Shown here piece after piece: positions 63,126 through 64,000 of a stretch of 64,000 nucleotides of DNA. The DNA is from Cercozoa sp. M6MM (taxonomy: Eukaryota > Protista > Endomyxa: Ascetosporea). The notes under the pieces are model-generated. The model made no database searches and was not told the origin of the DNA. It saw only the letters and a program-made list of their open reading frames with translations. A program made the translations under genes and the position numbers. The stretch lies in assembly GCA_040357565.1 (NCBI GenBank), contig JBDODJ010000018.1; one strand, 5' to 3'. How positions within the stretch are numbered: the first letter of the stretch is position 1; each line of letters begins with the position of its first letter.

Positions 63126-63633
63126 CTACTCGGGTTTGGCGCTGTCGCTGCTACCCTTGTCCTTGCCCACGCTGCTGCGCTTAGGCAGCTGCGGCGTTTC
63201 AGGCGTGCCACTAAACAAATACACACACAGCACGGTAAGTGAAGTTAAACAGGGATACAAAAAATGACAGTGGTACGCAAGGTGGTTGGCGGCCTTCTTC
63301 ATATCGTTGGTGATGTCGTTCTTCATCGAAGAAAACTCGCTGCGCAGATCGGCGAGAAGGCCTAAAAGGAGAACACGCGTATTGTGGCGCGGTGCAAAGG
63401 CAGTCCAACGTACCGCCAGCTGGTGACTGGACAGCCTCCTTGGCAACGTTCGCCCTGGCAGCCGTGGCACCGGCAGCGGCCTTTGCGGCCGTCTCAGACG
63501 CATGCTCGACCAAGCCGTGCGTCGACTCAACAGCTCGCTGCATGAACCGCGACTTGATCAGCGCAGGCAAAATCACCTCGTCCGCCATCTGCTTCATGAT
63601 CCGCCGAAACAGCTGTCCACCGAAACCCGACAT
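63126..63633 (-). CDS. Small protein, possibly Mrx7/NCBP2AS2-like
   Basis: Two-intron model. ILPALIKSRFMQRAVESTH resembles that family; the family call is weak. Confidence 0.45.
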
Positions 63634-64000
63634 GTCGCCGCTCTATATATGAATCGCTGGATCCTTCGAAAAAACTCGCTTGGTCGCTACGCGTGCTCTC
63701 GATCGCTCCCGTCGAACTGGCGAGCGCTGCAACAACACAAGCTGCCGTACGCGTGCAAAATGTCACAAGTCGAGGACTAGAGCGCTCAAAAATGCGGACA
63801 CAAGATATCGGCTCATAATGGCTCCGGCTCATACGATCGGCGATTGCGGGGTAACACGCACCAAGCCATCAGTGTGTGCTGGAGTCGTGCGAAGCTATCC
63901 GTGCCAATTGGTGAGCACACAGGCGAGCGTCGTGCCAAATCTTCCATACAGAATTTCTTTCCCCAGCAAGACAGCACTCGGTTGGTGTTTGCAAGGACAG

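Overview
A gene-dense, intron-rich eukaryotic (protist-like) region with about 25 protein-coding genes. Genes are split by many short GT-AG introns, mostly about 55-70 nt, so the ORF track shows only fragments; gene models below were spliced by hand. Recognisable products, in order: HIT-like protein (3' end), EngB/YihA GTPase, CDK10/11-type kinase, bHLH factor, divergent actin-related protein, YbaK-domain protein, CDF-like transporter (3' part), TBC Rab-GAP (5' part), DOCK-C/D GEF, CEP131, F-BAR-like/RGS protein, NDK (NME5-like) protein, monoacylglycerol-lipase-like hydrolase, RNF141-like RING, D-amino-acid oxidase (5' part), cyclin, bacterial-type glucokinase, CYP51, a CNBD-type K+ channel and two small, possibly mitochondrial proteins. 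There are four N-gaps, all at (CA)n-type repeats. I saw no rRNA, tRNA, CRISPR array or transposon. Top finding: at 10681-13871 an actin fold carries an F-box plus Cys-rich module inserted in frame at its D-loop. The module is flanked by two phase-2 introns and has its own ATG and TAG at those intron ends, so the locus could yield a fused, an actin-only or an F-box-only protein. Second finding: palindromic TACNGTA and AACTAACTA motifs cluster in the intergenic spacers. All homology calls come from motif recognition, not database searches.
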